Shown: positions 36,993 to 47,444 of the stretch, in pieces
Layout of the letters: each line of letters starts with the position of its first letter
Position numbering within the stretch: the stretch's first letter is position 1
Virus record (IMG/VR): IMGVR_UViG_3300023199_000021
Coordinates: 1-64,000 of that record
DNA length: 64,000 nucleotides
Reading direction: 5' to 3' (one strand)
Source of the DNA: a virus
Position numbers and translations under genes: made by a program
Notes under the pieces: model-generated
The model's database searches: none
What the model saw: the letters and a program-made list of their open reading frames with translations, nothing else
What the model was told of the DNA's origin: nothing

Positions 36993-37658
36993 TCATTCTA
37001 CCACCTTTCCGTTCTTGGTTACTTTCATTTTACCATCCAGATCGAGAAAATCAAGCTCGTTGATACAAAAAAATCGAGTCCCGTCAATTTTTCGGTGCCA
37101 GTTGCGATGCCAGTGCCCAAAAAACCAGAGTTTTGGTTTGTGAATCTGGAACATCACGCTCAACGCTTGCTGTGTCCTGCACGAGTAGTCTTCGGGCCAG
37201 CCAAAATGTTTCATAACTTGTGGCGAAGAAAAGTTATGCTTGATTGAACTGGGGCAGTCGTGCGTGATCATAATGTCAGGCTGTACCTGCTCATATAGAT
37301 CAATCGCATCTTCCAATTCTTCGATACTTAGTTCTTCCTCATACCACCAAGTCTTTTGACCAGATAGTATGTAGTTACTAATACGAGGCAGGGCGTCAAT
37401 ACTGACGCTGCCCCTAACAAAAAAGAACTCAATGCCGTTAAGTTGCCAAGTACCATAATCCCCCAAGCTCAAACTTGTGTTGTGATACACGTCGTAGTTG
37501 TCATGGTTTCCGCCGACAAACCTATGGCACGCTGGATCGGCCTTGATTTTACTGTAATCAAAACCAAGATCACCAACTTGCACAGAGTAATCACACTGTT
37601 TAATCAGTTGATTATAATTGTCGATCTTACCATGTACGTCACCAATAATTCTAATCAT
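36993..37658 (-). CDS. Metallophosphoesterase
   Basis: IGDVHG, VGDLG, GNHD, ITHDCP, FGHWH. Confidence 0.92.
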   Translation of the reverse strand: MIRIIGDVHGKIDNYNQLIKQCDYSVQVGDLGFDYSKIKADPACHRFVGGNHDNYDVYHNTSLSLGDYGTWQLNGIEFFFVRGSVSIDALPRISNYILSGQKTWWYEEELSIEELEDAIDLYEQVQPDIMITHDCPSSIKHNFSSPQVMKHFGWPEDYSCRTQQALSVMFQIHKPKLWFFGHWHRNWHRKIDGTRFFCINELDFLDLDGKMKVTKNGKVVE

Positions 37659-38182
37659 TTCTTTTCCACAACATTTCCTATGATGAATCCATTGAACAAC
37701 GCAGGCAATAGCTCACGACCCCATCAACGAAGCACCTACTACGAGCCCACCGCATATACATGCAATCATTGTTGATTATCTTTCTTCCTCAAATGTTCTG
37801 CCATTCGTCCGTGACCTTCGATCCAGATTCTTCCTATGTTCATTAAGAATCGAACTGTTTCGTAATCAATTATACCTTCTTCTGTCACATCTAGACAAAA
37901 TTCCCACCCACCATGATCACGGAGATAGATACCCATATCTTTTACAGTAAAAGATTGGTGATTACCATCATCTTCATAAAGACGAAGAACAGTACCGATT
38001 CCCAATACCTTTTTAGCCATCGTTCTTAATTTCTAATAAAAAATCTGCGGTCTGTAACAGGTACATCGCACCCACTGAAAGAGATATGCACTCTCTTGCC
38101 GTAGTTGGTATTGATCTTCATGACCACACCATCGCTTAGATGTAGTTCGACTGAGGTACTATCCAATACTACTTTATTAATC

Positions 38183-38700
38183 CTATGTACTATACTCTCT
38201 CCAAATCTCAAGGTCGAATTCTGCGGGAGTCATACTCTCTGGAACCTTTTTAACAAACGTCTGCTCCAATGTCAAGTTTTTTTCAGTCGGAGTAGATTTT
38301 CCTTGGTCCCGCATCCAACGAATGATATGAGTGTCCAATGCAGCGTGCTGTACGCCTCGACGTGAGAACATAATAAAGAACCGTGAGGTTTTACACGCCT
38401 CTAGATCGCTCACAGAGGCTTTACGGAGGTCCAGCCCAGAATAGATCAGTTCCCAGATAGTTTTAGCTTTTTGCGAATGACAACCAATGCCCAAATCTTT
38501 CAGCCGACACACCAAAGCTTGTTTGGGTGTATCAGCAAGATCGCGATAAATCGACCACTAATCTCCATCACAAAACTTACGGAGTTTTTAAACGGACATG
38601 GAGTAGGACCAACATAGTTCATCACAAACGCAGAAGATCAACAGTTCTTCCAACTACTCGTCAGTATAGTCGTACCGTACAATGTTCTTTGGATCAATCA
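38183..38700 (-). pseudogene. HhH-type DNA glycosylase-like remnant
   Basis: KTSRFF...AALDTHIIRW; upstream part has an in-frame TAG and deletions. Confidence 0.55.
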
Positions 38701-39035
38701 TAGTCTCGCTTTATCTTTTCAGCAATTTGTTTTCCTTTTTCTGAAAGAGTATAGACGAATTCGCCTTCCTCGCTCAGTTCTACTTCCAGTGTACCATCCG
38801 ATACCATCTTTGTCAAGGTAAAACCTGTAACAAGCTTGGCATATTCTTCCTGAATATCTTCATCAGAAAATTCTGCTAGCCCTTCGGCCTCGAACTGCCC
38901 CAAAACGTAGCCGACGATGATCCCGTCCGCTATCATTCGTAATGGATGATTCTCGTCATTAAATTCGTTCGCAGCATATAATGCCAACTGTAATAGTTGT
39001 TGTTCATTCACTAATGCATTGATAAATCTATTCAT
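38694..39035 (-). CDS. Hypothetical protein
   Basis: 113-aa ORF with GAGG RBS. Confidence 0.65.
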   Translation of the reverse strand: MNRFINALVNEQQLLQLALYAANEFNDENHPLRMIADGIIVGYVLGQFEAEGLAEFSDEDIQEEYAKLVTGFTLTKMVSDGTLEVELSEEGEFVYTLSEKGKQIAEKIKRDYD

Positions 39036-39109
39036 TTAAAAACCCTCTCAACTTTCTAATTCAAACAATTTATGTACGGCATCACACGTAGCATATCCAT
39101 AATCTCATG

Positions 39110-39487
39110 TTATCGGGACTTAACGTTAACGAATCGACCGAGCTTCAACTGCAATTCCAATGCATCGAAGTCGTGCAATTCACCGTCACGCCACGATGCG
39201 GAGTTCATCATGTAGCTCAACGCCACGGCCAACTGCCCGACCGTTGATCGCAATTGATCGTCCTTGACGCTCGTGCTGCGGATGCTTTGCACCAACACGT
39301 CCGCAAGGTAGCTCATTCGTTCGTTGAACTGTCCCGGTAGAACGCAAACCCGATCCATGCACCCTGCTTCACGAAGAACCGCCCCGGTCAATTCCTCTGG
39401 TGCGATCGACGCTCGACGTTCTATTGCAGACTTGATCTCATCCGCCCGTGAACGCCGAGTTTTCTTCAAATCTGTTTCTGTAGTCAT
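39110..39487 (-). CDS. GC-rich hypothetical protein in a cassette-like unit
   Basis: Stop codon within GTTATCG; CAACAAC-N5-GGATCAG upstream. Confidence 0.65.
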   Translation of the reverse strand: MTTETDLKKTRRSRADEIKSAIERRASIAPEELTGAVLREAGCMDRVCVLPGQFNERMSYLADVLVQSIRSTSVKDDQLRSTVGQLAVALSYMMNSASWRDGELHDFDALELQLKLGRFVNVKSR

Positions 39488-40869
39488 TCTCTTACCTTTT
39501 TGTTAGCGTCAACAACATGGGGGATCAGTTCACATTCTTCAAACCGTTTTGCTTTCCATACTTCTATTTTACCGTTTAAAACGAGAATGTCAAGAGGAAA
39601 CTTTCAAAATTCCGAAAACGGCAAAGATATCTAGCCAGCAGAAGTAGAATATCGTGTATACGGATAATGATAGCAACAAATATATCTATGAACTACCACA
39701 AGTCTTGCTCGATGGAAACCATCTGTTGAACTGCATTATTCTTCCTTTTCAAACATCAGAGAAATAGCATTACGCATACCGTTCACGATAGGACGCAACT
39801 TCTCGTTGTCACAGCCCCATACATACACCCTGTTCCACGCCTGCTGATATGGTTTAAACTTCTTACGATTCGGGCAGCGTCGGGGAGATTGTTGAACACC
39901 ACAATGTCTTTTGGTTTGATTTCTTGCATTTTTCCTGTATTCCAATTCAATTATGTCTTAAAGGACTTTTTAACGGCAATTCCAAGACAATAGAAGTAAC
40001 CGCCTAGTAATAATGACCCTATGAGCCTGTATTCCATGACCTCGCTAAAAGTGGTGACAGCGACTCCCCCTAAGATACTTATTGACAGGAGCAGCGTCCA
40101 GACTTGAGCTATTTTTTTCATAATTCTTCGATTTTTCCCACCTCCAACCATCTGAAAAGATACATAGTCTTTTGTATATTCATCCATAAATGATATACAT
40201 GATTCTCTACTAGTACTATACTACTATACAGACAGAATTCCCATCGGCAGTTGTAGTAGGTCGAAAAGTTCCATCGAACACTTTACTCGGCAATAAGTGA
40301 CTTTTTGCTCCAAAACCCGAAATTTTGGGGAAATTTTTACATTCAACAATTTAAGAAACCTGTCCGGTTCAGCCTCTATTGTACCATGCTATATACAGAA
40401 GTCAAGACTTTTTCTGGGGTATTTTAAAGTAGTAGAGAAAATCTTTTACTCTCTTAGCGAAACGAGATCAAAAAATGTCGAAAACAATCTTCTGGGGTGT
40501 TTTCCTTGTAATTTTTATTCCCACCGCAACATTGGCACTACTCACTAGTCTGTGGTATATATGGGCCAGTCTGTATACTATGTTAATAGTCGGCATGGTC
40601 ACTGAGGCGTATTTTGTTAGAAAAGAAAAGAGAAAATAGCGGGTACACACCACCCAATTATACTTTTTTCAAGAATCTTCCAAAAAATTTCCGGTTTTTT
40701 CCCGCCAGAACTTTCGCCGGAGGTACAATATATGGTAGAAGGGAATATTAGTGTACTGAGGTCAAGGTACAGACTTGAAGGTGGAACAGCAACAATGGCA
40801 ATTACGGACTCTACTGGGTGTTTAATAAAGTAGAGAAAATAATTATAATAAAGTATTAAAGGGGAAGAT

Positions 40870-41097
40870 ATGGATTTACCAGACAATGTGTTCGAGAGGG
40901 ATAAGAGACTGAATGAGATTGCTAAAGAGTTCTTCAAGATAGACTTTGAAAGTTCAGAGTTTCATATCGTCATGCAAAGTGCCCTTATTTCTTTACTACT
41001 TAAAAAGGGTATTTTTACAGAAGAAGAATTCTCGGCTGAGACAGAGGAAGTCGGTACAGCGTATAAGCTCATGAAATATCGAAATTCTTTGCAATAA
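40870..41097 (+). CDS. Hypothetical protein
   Basis: 75-aa ORF with a purine-rich RBS. Confidence 0.6.
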   Translation: MDLPDNVFERDKRLNEIAKEFFKIDFESSEFHIVMQSALISLLLKKGIFTEEEFSAETEEVGTAYKLMKYRNSLQ

Positions 41098-41179
41098 GAG
41101 GTTGGAATAGTGTATAATTGTGGTAGACAAGTTGGGGCTGGCCCTAGAGAGGACACCGAGTTAAGTGATTTAACTTTTT

Positions 41180-41523
41180 TGTCTACGGCATTTATCATGG
41201 GGTGGAATGAGAAAGCCGTTCGGGAACTGGGAATGGCACTTTCCCAACTTTTGCATTAAAGCCGGGAGCCAAGTTCGGTCACAATTTAACAGATGATGAT
41301 TTTGAACCCTGTGAGGCTGAAGGTTACGTCATCAGGATAGCGGATTCTTTTCCTTATGACGAGTTTCGACAGAATTGTGCAAAATTTGTACGAGCCAATC
41401 ATGTCCAAACGGATCAGAACTGGATGACAGCCCCGATGCACCCGAATAAACTCAAAATTGATGGACTCGTTCCATTTTCTGCCTTATTCTTAGGTAACAA
41501 TAAATATCGGAGGCATCAATGAC
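41180..41523 (+). pseudogene. RNA ligase (Rnl2-like family) C-terminal remnant
   Basis: EGYVIRIADSF.Y..F....AKFVRANHVQTD..W. Confidence 0.7.
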
Positions 41524-41917
41524 TGTTGAAGACGACTTACTTATCTTTTTCTAAATAATTCGACAGAACTGACGTGTTATGAGATTACTAAGGACTATAC
41601 TAGCCACAGTACTCATGATGATCGCCAGCCTGTTTAAAATTCTCTGCATCTCTATTGCTCCTGCCGATCTTAAGCAATCGTTCAAGGATAATATCTAAGT
41701 AACCTCTTTGCTACTTTACCCAACTCACAAAACTCGCGTGCTAATGACTATCGCGGGACTGCTAAAGCTAGTTAGGCTGGTTCAGTGATTGTTTCAAAAA
41801 ACTCCAGTGTTATACAGTCTGATTAGACTATCTTAATAAAACTCGCGTGCTATAGACTATTTCCGACTGCCATAAGCCAGTTGGGGTGCGTCAATTAATT
41901 TGAGCAAAGATAATTCC

Positions 41918-41950
41918 AAAAAAAAACCCCACCCCCGAAGGGTGAGGTTG
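41918..41950 (-). terminator. Rho-independent terminator
   Basis: Hairpin with CTTCGG loop followed by a T-run, after DUF932. Confidence 0.8.
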
Positions 41951-41970
41951 TGTACACTGGTCCAGGCCGA

Positions 41971-42927
41971 TTAGGTTGCCAACGCCACGGCCTGAGCCAG
42001 GGCGTCACGGCTTTGGTTACCGTTTTGGCCGAACCACAGAGAGTTTAGCCGGTTCGCGGGGTTGCGACCCTTCTCGTAGTTCAGGTATTCGGTCACAGCG
42101 TTATACGCTGCCCACCAAGTACCCTTAACTCCCGGCAGGTCGTTACCCTTGCCAGTTTCGAACAGGTTTTCCACCTGTGCTATGATGTTGGCGGAACGAG
42201 TCGAGATATCTTCCTCGTTCTTATAGTGCTGCTTGAACACGATTCGAACGTACTTCTGCAAATCCTCGGAATTGATCGAGCGAGAAGCAAGGAGCCGGTA
42301 TTCGTCGCAGGTTGTTTCAAACTCCTGATCCGCGAGATTCATAATATCTCGCAACTTCTCAACATTTTCCTTGACAAACTTGTGGTGACGCACGCGAATC
42401 AATTTGGATGCCTTGCAGTTTCGGGCAAGGGCCTCGGTATTCGCACACACAACGCGAATCGGAGTAAATCCGAAGTGAACCGCGAGCTTGCCATCGTGAC
42501 CGTTGGAGAGCAGGGCGAACTTGGAAATCTCGTCACCAGGGACGATCTGCGAATTGTCCAATGCCAGTTGACAGAGAACCCAGATTCGCTCGCCATTTCG
42601 GAGCGAGCCAGCGGTATGCCAAGCCATATCACCGGATTCTACCAACGGTTCGAACACCTTGAACGCCGAAGCATTTTGCAGAGGGGTCCAGTGAGGGCCG
42701 ACAACACCCAGAACCTGATCATCGGATTCACGCACGCTCACCTGTGCGGGAACTTCGGCATACTCACCATTGGCGAGCTTACGGTAAACCGGCTCGGTAT
42801 TAACCTCCCAGTTCAAACCAGCCTTTTCCATGACTTGTGCGGTCGATTCCGAACCGTCCAACTTCTCACCGATTCCATGCCACGGAACTTCACCAAAATA
42901 CGTCATCGTTTCAACTGCTGTGGACAT
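41971..42927 (-). CDS. DUF932 phage/plasmid-like protein
   Basis: PWHGIG, AGLNW, QN...F, TAGSL..G, N.HDG, TPIRVVCANT, GTWWAAYNAVTEY. Confidence 0.92.
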   Translation of the reverse strand: MSTAVETMTYFGEVPWHGIGEKLDGSESTAQVMEKAGLNWEVNTEPVYRKLANGEYAEVPAQVSVRESDDQVLGVVGPHWTPLQNASAFKVFEPLVESGDMAWHTAGSLRNGERIWVLCQLALDNSQIVPGDEISKFALLSNGHDGKLAVHFGFTPIRVVCANTEALARNCKASKLIRVRHHKFVKENVEKLRDIMNLADQEFETTCDEYRLLASRSINSEDLQKYVRIVFKQHYKNEEDISTRSANIIAQVENLFETGKGNDLPGVKGTWWAAYNAVTEYLNYEKGRNPANRLNSLWFGQNGNQSRDALAQAVALAT

Positions 42928-42974
42928 AAAGCATCTCCTAAAAAAAACAGAAAATTGTTGCTCTCGATACTTCT

Positions 42975-43002
42975 ATTATACCAAAAGATTACTCGTTGTC
43001 AA
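42975..43002 (-). promoter_or_regulatory. Sigma70-type early promoter
   Basis: TTGACA-16 nt-TATAAT. Confidence 0.8.
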
Positions 43003-43213
43003 GGTCGGAAAACAAATTTTTCCAACAATTATCGCAGGTCTGCGAAATGAGCATTTCACGCTCACCGGCACTCAGGTATGGCATAACGTCATGAATGTAG
43101 GCTCCGGCACACCATTCGTTCCAGTCTGCAATATCAAACCAGATTGTGACAGGGTTGCCACACATGACGCAGGAAAGCGTCAGGCTAGTTTCTCGTTCGG
43201 TTGTGGGCATCAT
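42989..43213 (-). CDS. Small Zn-binding protein
   Basis: CVMCG...YLSAGEREMLISQTCDNCW. Confidence 0.7.
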   Translation of the reverse strand: MMPTTERETSLTLSCVMCGNPVTIWFDIADWNEWCAGAYIHDVMPYLSAGEREMLISQTCDNCWKNLFSDLDNE

Positions 43214-43347
43214 TTTTTTTCCGAAAAATCCAAAAAAACCCCACCACTAGTGCAGGGTTTTAGTCATCGTGGGGTTGAAGCCATAAGGTGACCACAGTTA
43301 GGAGGATCAGGATTGCAAGCATCCACCCCACTAACAGGTGGTGAAGC

Positions 43348-44112
43348 TCAGGCATTCTCTCCCCCATACGAACCTTTTCCTTTCAATGCTTTCAATGCCT
43401 CAGAAGCGTCGGAACCCCGCGGTTGAGTACCGTGAATTAGCAGGGCAAAATCTTGATCGGCAATGCTAGGTCGAGACGCATGGCTATCATCATGGTCGAT
43501 TTCCAGACCCAGGCTATCGGCTTCGGCGGCGGAAAAAATAACCTTGGCCGAACGAAAACCATGCTCGGCAATCATGCTATCATGCCGACCGCCATAGCTT
43601 GCAGTCAAAACAAAATTGTCCAGACTATCAACATCGGATCGACGTGCCAACCAATATGGCAGACTTTTCGTGTATGCGTAGAACAATCGGTCAGAATGAC
43701 GGATCGCCATTGCTACCCATGCATCGAAGTAGGCTTGTGTGAAAAAATCACCTGCCACATGAATCCGGCAGACACCGAGATTTTTCGGCATCGACTGGTT
43801 AAGTAGTTGGAACATATCATCGGCAGACTTCAATTCGCGAAGATTGTGGTCGCGAAGATTATAGACGCTGTTATATTGCACTTCCTGCGAAGCAGAAAAA
43901 CAACGGAATTGAGTTTTAGGACCGTCCATGATTTGCCGTTTTCCGTTTGGTAAAATGGTAGCTTTGGACAGGCATTGTTCGGCAAACGGACACGACCATC
44001 CGGAAAGCAAGTCTAGACTATAGACTTTCCTCTTATCTTGCAGAAATTCCACTAATTCAGGGACCTCATACAATGCTTCGGTTTTGGCGTTTGCTGGCGA
44101 GTACTTCAACAT
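43348..44112 (-). CDS. Phage Gp88-like protein
   Basis: G.SCP.A, RC, RIHVAGDFF, FYAYTK. Confidence 0.8.
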   Translation of the reverse strand: MLKYSPANAKTEALYEVPELVEFLQDKRKVYSLDLLSGWSCPFAEQCLSKATILPNGKRQIMDGPKTQFRCFSASQEVQYNSVYNLRDHNLRELKSADDMFQLLNQSMPKNLGVCRIHVAGDFFTQAYFDAWVAMAIRHSDRLFYAYTKSLPYWLARRSDVDSLDNFVLTASYGGRHDSMIAEHGFRSAKVIFSAAEADSLGLEIDHDDSHASRPSIADQDFALLIHGTQPRGSDASEALKALKGKGSYGGENA

Positions 44113-44143
44113 ACGATTTATCCTTTCGAGTTCTTATACTTCC

Positions 44144-44171
44144 ATTATACAATAGTTATCGGCATTGTCAA
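44144..44171 (-). promoter_or_regulatory. Sigma70-type early promoter
   Basis: TTGACA-atgCCGATaactattg-TATAAT. Confidence 0.8.
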
Positions 44172-45428
44172 CCCTAAAACTTTAGAAAAAACAAAGTCGA
44201 ATAATCTTTTCCGTCAAACATATTAGGGCTATCGTTTCTGATAAAATTGCCCTTAACCGGCAGGGGATGAACTCTACAGGGCAGCGTTCACGTTGTAACG
44301 CTGTTTGGCTACTCACTTGATATATTGGAAAATGTAAGAGACGGGTTTGCCTTTTGTCCCAACCACCTATAACCCGAAAGGTCAGTGGTCAGGCCGCATT
44401 GATCAGGTGCGGGATTTTACGACCATCGCTTTTTACCGCGAATCACTTTCGCATCAATCAGAGCGTTACGGCCTTGTTCGTTCGTGTAACGGTCATACCA
44501 GATTGGCTCTTTTCTTGAAGTTTGCACGAGCTTCTAGCTCTTGGCTTTCCATGAAGTAGCTTCCACAGAATGTTGCCTGGGGAGCAAAGTCAGTGGCTTG
44601 CCACGTTACCCACTGACCTTCCCAATAACAGAGATAGGTCCACATTCCGCGACTGAAAACCTTGTCGATGACCTTTGCACCGTTAGGTAGGATTTCGGCT
44701 TCTTTCATCTTATCCCCTCTACAGATAATAAACAACAAACGATTCGGGATCAACACCAGAGTGTTCTAGGTTGCCCATGATTTCTTCAAGTTTGGCTCTA
44801 TCACCGACCGTAGCCGATTGACACTCGCCACTCTTGTCTATCCATTCGAGTCGCCACACGAGAATTTTCCCTCCCCAGCGAGCTTTTCGGCTTCTTTGAG
44901 ACTCATTTGGCTCGATCCTTCGAATTTCAATCCGTTACGGCTAATCGAAGTAATCTTTACCTCGGATCCATCAACATTCAGACTATAGCCCAAACCGATA
45001 AGCATCATTATTGATACTCCTTCATTACTTTATGGAACTGTGCCGATAACTCATTACTTGTCGAACAGTTTGAACAGTGGCGATAACAGCGAGCCAACGA
45101 AAGGAATTTCGATTTTCCAGATTGTTCGTTCAGCGTAGAATTGACGCCAACCTGACAATGTGCGGCAGGTTAGCAGGGTTCGCGAACGCCGGAATAGCCG
45201 ATCATACCAGCGGTAACAGTTTGGCATGATAACAGGGTCTTTCACCGTATCACGCTTGGTTTCAACGATACCAAAGCGAATAGCCTCCCCCGCGGCGGGT
45301 TGGAGATAGTTGAGAATTACGAGACTTTTCATGTTTTCGTTTCTTTCGTGAACTTTGTTTGTTTTCTTCATTATACAGGATAGCGATTTGATTTTAACTG
45401 CTTTCGTTCTATACACAGAACCTTGCTA

Positions 45429-45833
45429 TTAAAGTTCGTTTTTGAGGTCATCAGCATCAATTAAGCCACCGGAAACCATACCGCCAACTAAAGCGACTTC
45501 AGCAAGGTATTGTGCTAGTTCATCGGTTTCATTGTTGGAGTAATCCAATTCGCGGTCGATATCGCGACCCTTAACTTGTGCGGCTAATCGCTCTATATTG
45601 CGAGCCTTAATCGCTTTGATCTTTTGGTACTCGTACTCTTTCACGTCGCACATTTTATGCAATCGTGCGAGCGTGCGACCGCCACGAGTGTTATCGTGCA
45701 TTTCTTCGGGTAACCAGCTATTCGGCACTATGATTATCTCGCGAATTGCGTTGCTCAAATTGTGAAACATACGCTGAGTTTCAATAGGCAGAGAATTGAA
45801 GGTTTCGTGACTTAGGTGAGTTTCGTTTTTCAT
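45429..45833 (-). CDS. Hypothetical early protein
   Basis: AAGGA RBS; promoter TTGACA-16 nt-TACAAT at 45867-45894. Confidence 0.7.
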   Translation of the reverse strand: MKNETHLSHETFNSLPIETQRMFHNLSNAIREIIIVPNSWLPEEMHDNTRGGRTLARLHKMCDVKEYEYQKIKAIKARNIERLAAQVKGRDIDRELDYSNNETDELAQYLAEVALVGGMVSGGLIDADDLKNEL

Positions 45834-46182
45834 TTCGTTTTTCCTTATCGTGTTTCGTATACTAATATTGTACCATATGGTTCGGGCTTGTCAACTAAAT
45901 TCGGCCTAATTTCATCAAAATTTGCAGAAAAGATTTTTTAATCGTCGTAATCGGCTTTGGATAGGTGGGGTTTTTTCAATGTCAAATGAAATCGTTGGGA
46001 TACCCCGAAAAACCGCAGGTGGTTCTCACACAACAAGCGACCCAAAAAGGAAATGACCACTTTTATTTTTCAGAAACCGCTGGCGTTTCAGAGGAAACCA
46101 CCACTTTTAAGATAGCCTCAAGCTCAATGAGACTCATTTCAGAATGTTCAGATTTGGCCTGTCCCCGCCACTACAGCTTCTT

Positions 46183-46389
46183 TTACTGTGGATTGTGTGT
46201 GGCAAGTCCGCAAATTCCACGGCCTGCCTTCTTCTTGACTCCAAGGTTTTGTCGCATTTTTCTGACTGCTTGTAGAGTCACTTGTCTACCTGATTGTTCA
46301 GTCAAAGCATCGGCAATTTCTTGGTCTTTCATACGATATGCATTATCTCGAATGAAGTTTTTCTCATTTTCAGACCATTTTACATTCAT
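46183..46389 (-). CDS. Small HTH/Myb-like DNA-binding protein
   Basis: WSENEKNFIR...D.EIA..L...T..AVRK.R. Confidence 0.7.
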   Translation of the reverse strand: MNVKWSENEKNFIRDNAYRMKDQEIADALTEQSGRQVTLQAVRKMRQNLGVKKKAGRGICGLATHNPQ

Positions 46390-46482
46390 TTCCCCAATAT
46401 CTCCTTGAAAAAGTAGTCATAACGTGTATATACTATTGTAGTATCGAATGACAACTTTTGGCTTTATCCAATGGAGAAATAA

Positions 46483-46671
46483 ATGAAAGCCCCACAACAT
46501 ACTATTAAACAGTCCACGCTAAAGGCCGTTGCAAGTGAAGAATTGCAGGCTGAGGTTGGGCAAGAGCTTGCTTCCGCAGCACCGGAAGAAGAAACACCTA
46601 GTATGGAAGAAGTACTCGCTTCTGCTGAAGCTGAAGATGAAGTATCTGACGAGGAAGAAGATGAGGGTTAA
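46483..46671 (+). CDS. Acidic hypothetical protein
   Basis: GGAG RBS; first late-strand ORF. Confidence 0.65.
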   Translation: MKAPQHTIKQSTLKAVASEELQAEVGQELASAAPEEETPSMEEVLASAEAEDEVSDEEEDEG

Positions 46672-46924
46672 GCTTTACTACGACGGGAATCCCGCACATA
46701 CCAAAGTAGTAGACCAAGAAACCGGCGAACTTATTGAAGGTGTTGTGTCTGCACATGTAGATATCGACGCCTTTAATGGTTATGCGACGTTGGTTCTTGC
46801 AGATTTTAAAGCAGAAATCTCAGACATAGAAGTGAGAGAAGATGAAAATCCCGCAGGGGTACACGGAGCAGGAAGTTCTGGAGATAATCGAGAGAATATC
46901 GAACAGACTAGCATCGACGTTTAA
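46661..46924 (+). CDS. Hypothetical protein
   Basis: Start MRVKLY overlaps the previous ORF. Confidence 0.6.
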   Translation: MRVKLYYDGNPAHTKVVDQETGELIEGVVSAHVDIDAFNGYATLVLADFKAEISDIEVREDENPAGVHGAGSSGDNRENIEQTSIDV

Positions 46925-47444
46925 GTTTGGCTATCATGAATTAGATGATATGAAACAACAAGCTGCGTTGTTCGCGTGGCAAGGACTGGACAACTATGAT
47001 GACGTGAGGCCACTCGAAAACTTTCTTTGGGTACACGTTCGCAATAGGCTCTACAACTTTAAACGTAACAACTACGCTAGACCAGACAAACCCTGTGATA
47101 ACTGCCCACTAAATGCCTATGTAAATCACGAATGTACAGCCTTCGCCAATATGATGGACTGTGAATATTATGCTAAATGGTTCGAACGTAATCAGGTCAA
47201 GAAGAACCTTATGAGTACGAAAGAGCATGATGATTACTTTGATCGTGACGACATCCCAATCGAAGACAAAATCCTTAGTAAAGAGATATACGAGTTGATC
47301 AACTCTAATATGCCTATTACTATGAGGGAAGATTGGATTAGGTATATCAATAAGGTCAAACTCCCAAAGAGCAAGAGGGAACTTCTATTCGAAAAAATCT
47401 TAGACATTTTAAAGGAGAATGGAATTGGGCCGCAAACGTGGTAA
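46842..47444 (+). CDS. Sigma-factor-like protein (candidate late transcription factor)
   Basis: DDMKQQA....W.GL..YD..R.LENFL...VRNRL.N (region 2-like), Cys cluster. Confidence 0.7.
   Translation: MKIPQGYTEQEVLEIIERISNRLASTFKFGYHELDDMKQQAALFAWQGLDNYDDVRPLENFLWVHVRNRLYNFKRNNYARPDKPCDNCPLNAYVNHECTAFANMMDCEYYAKWFERNQVKKNLMSTKEHDDYFDRDDIPIEDKILSKEIYELINSNMPITMREDWIRYINKVKLPKSKRELLFEKILDILKENGIGPQTW

Noticed and set aside
41560-41910. Possible CRISPR mini-array
   Set aside because: Only two imperfect repeat units, no constant repeat-spacer period and no cas genes.
42226-43050. Long plus-strand ORFs antisense to real genes (also 6162-6644, 12057-12578, 34090-34722, and minus-strand 57073-57639)
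   Set aside because: Shadow frames of well-supported genes with no motifs or RBS.
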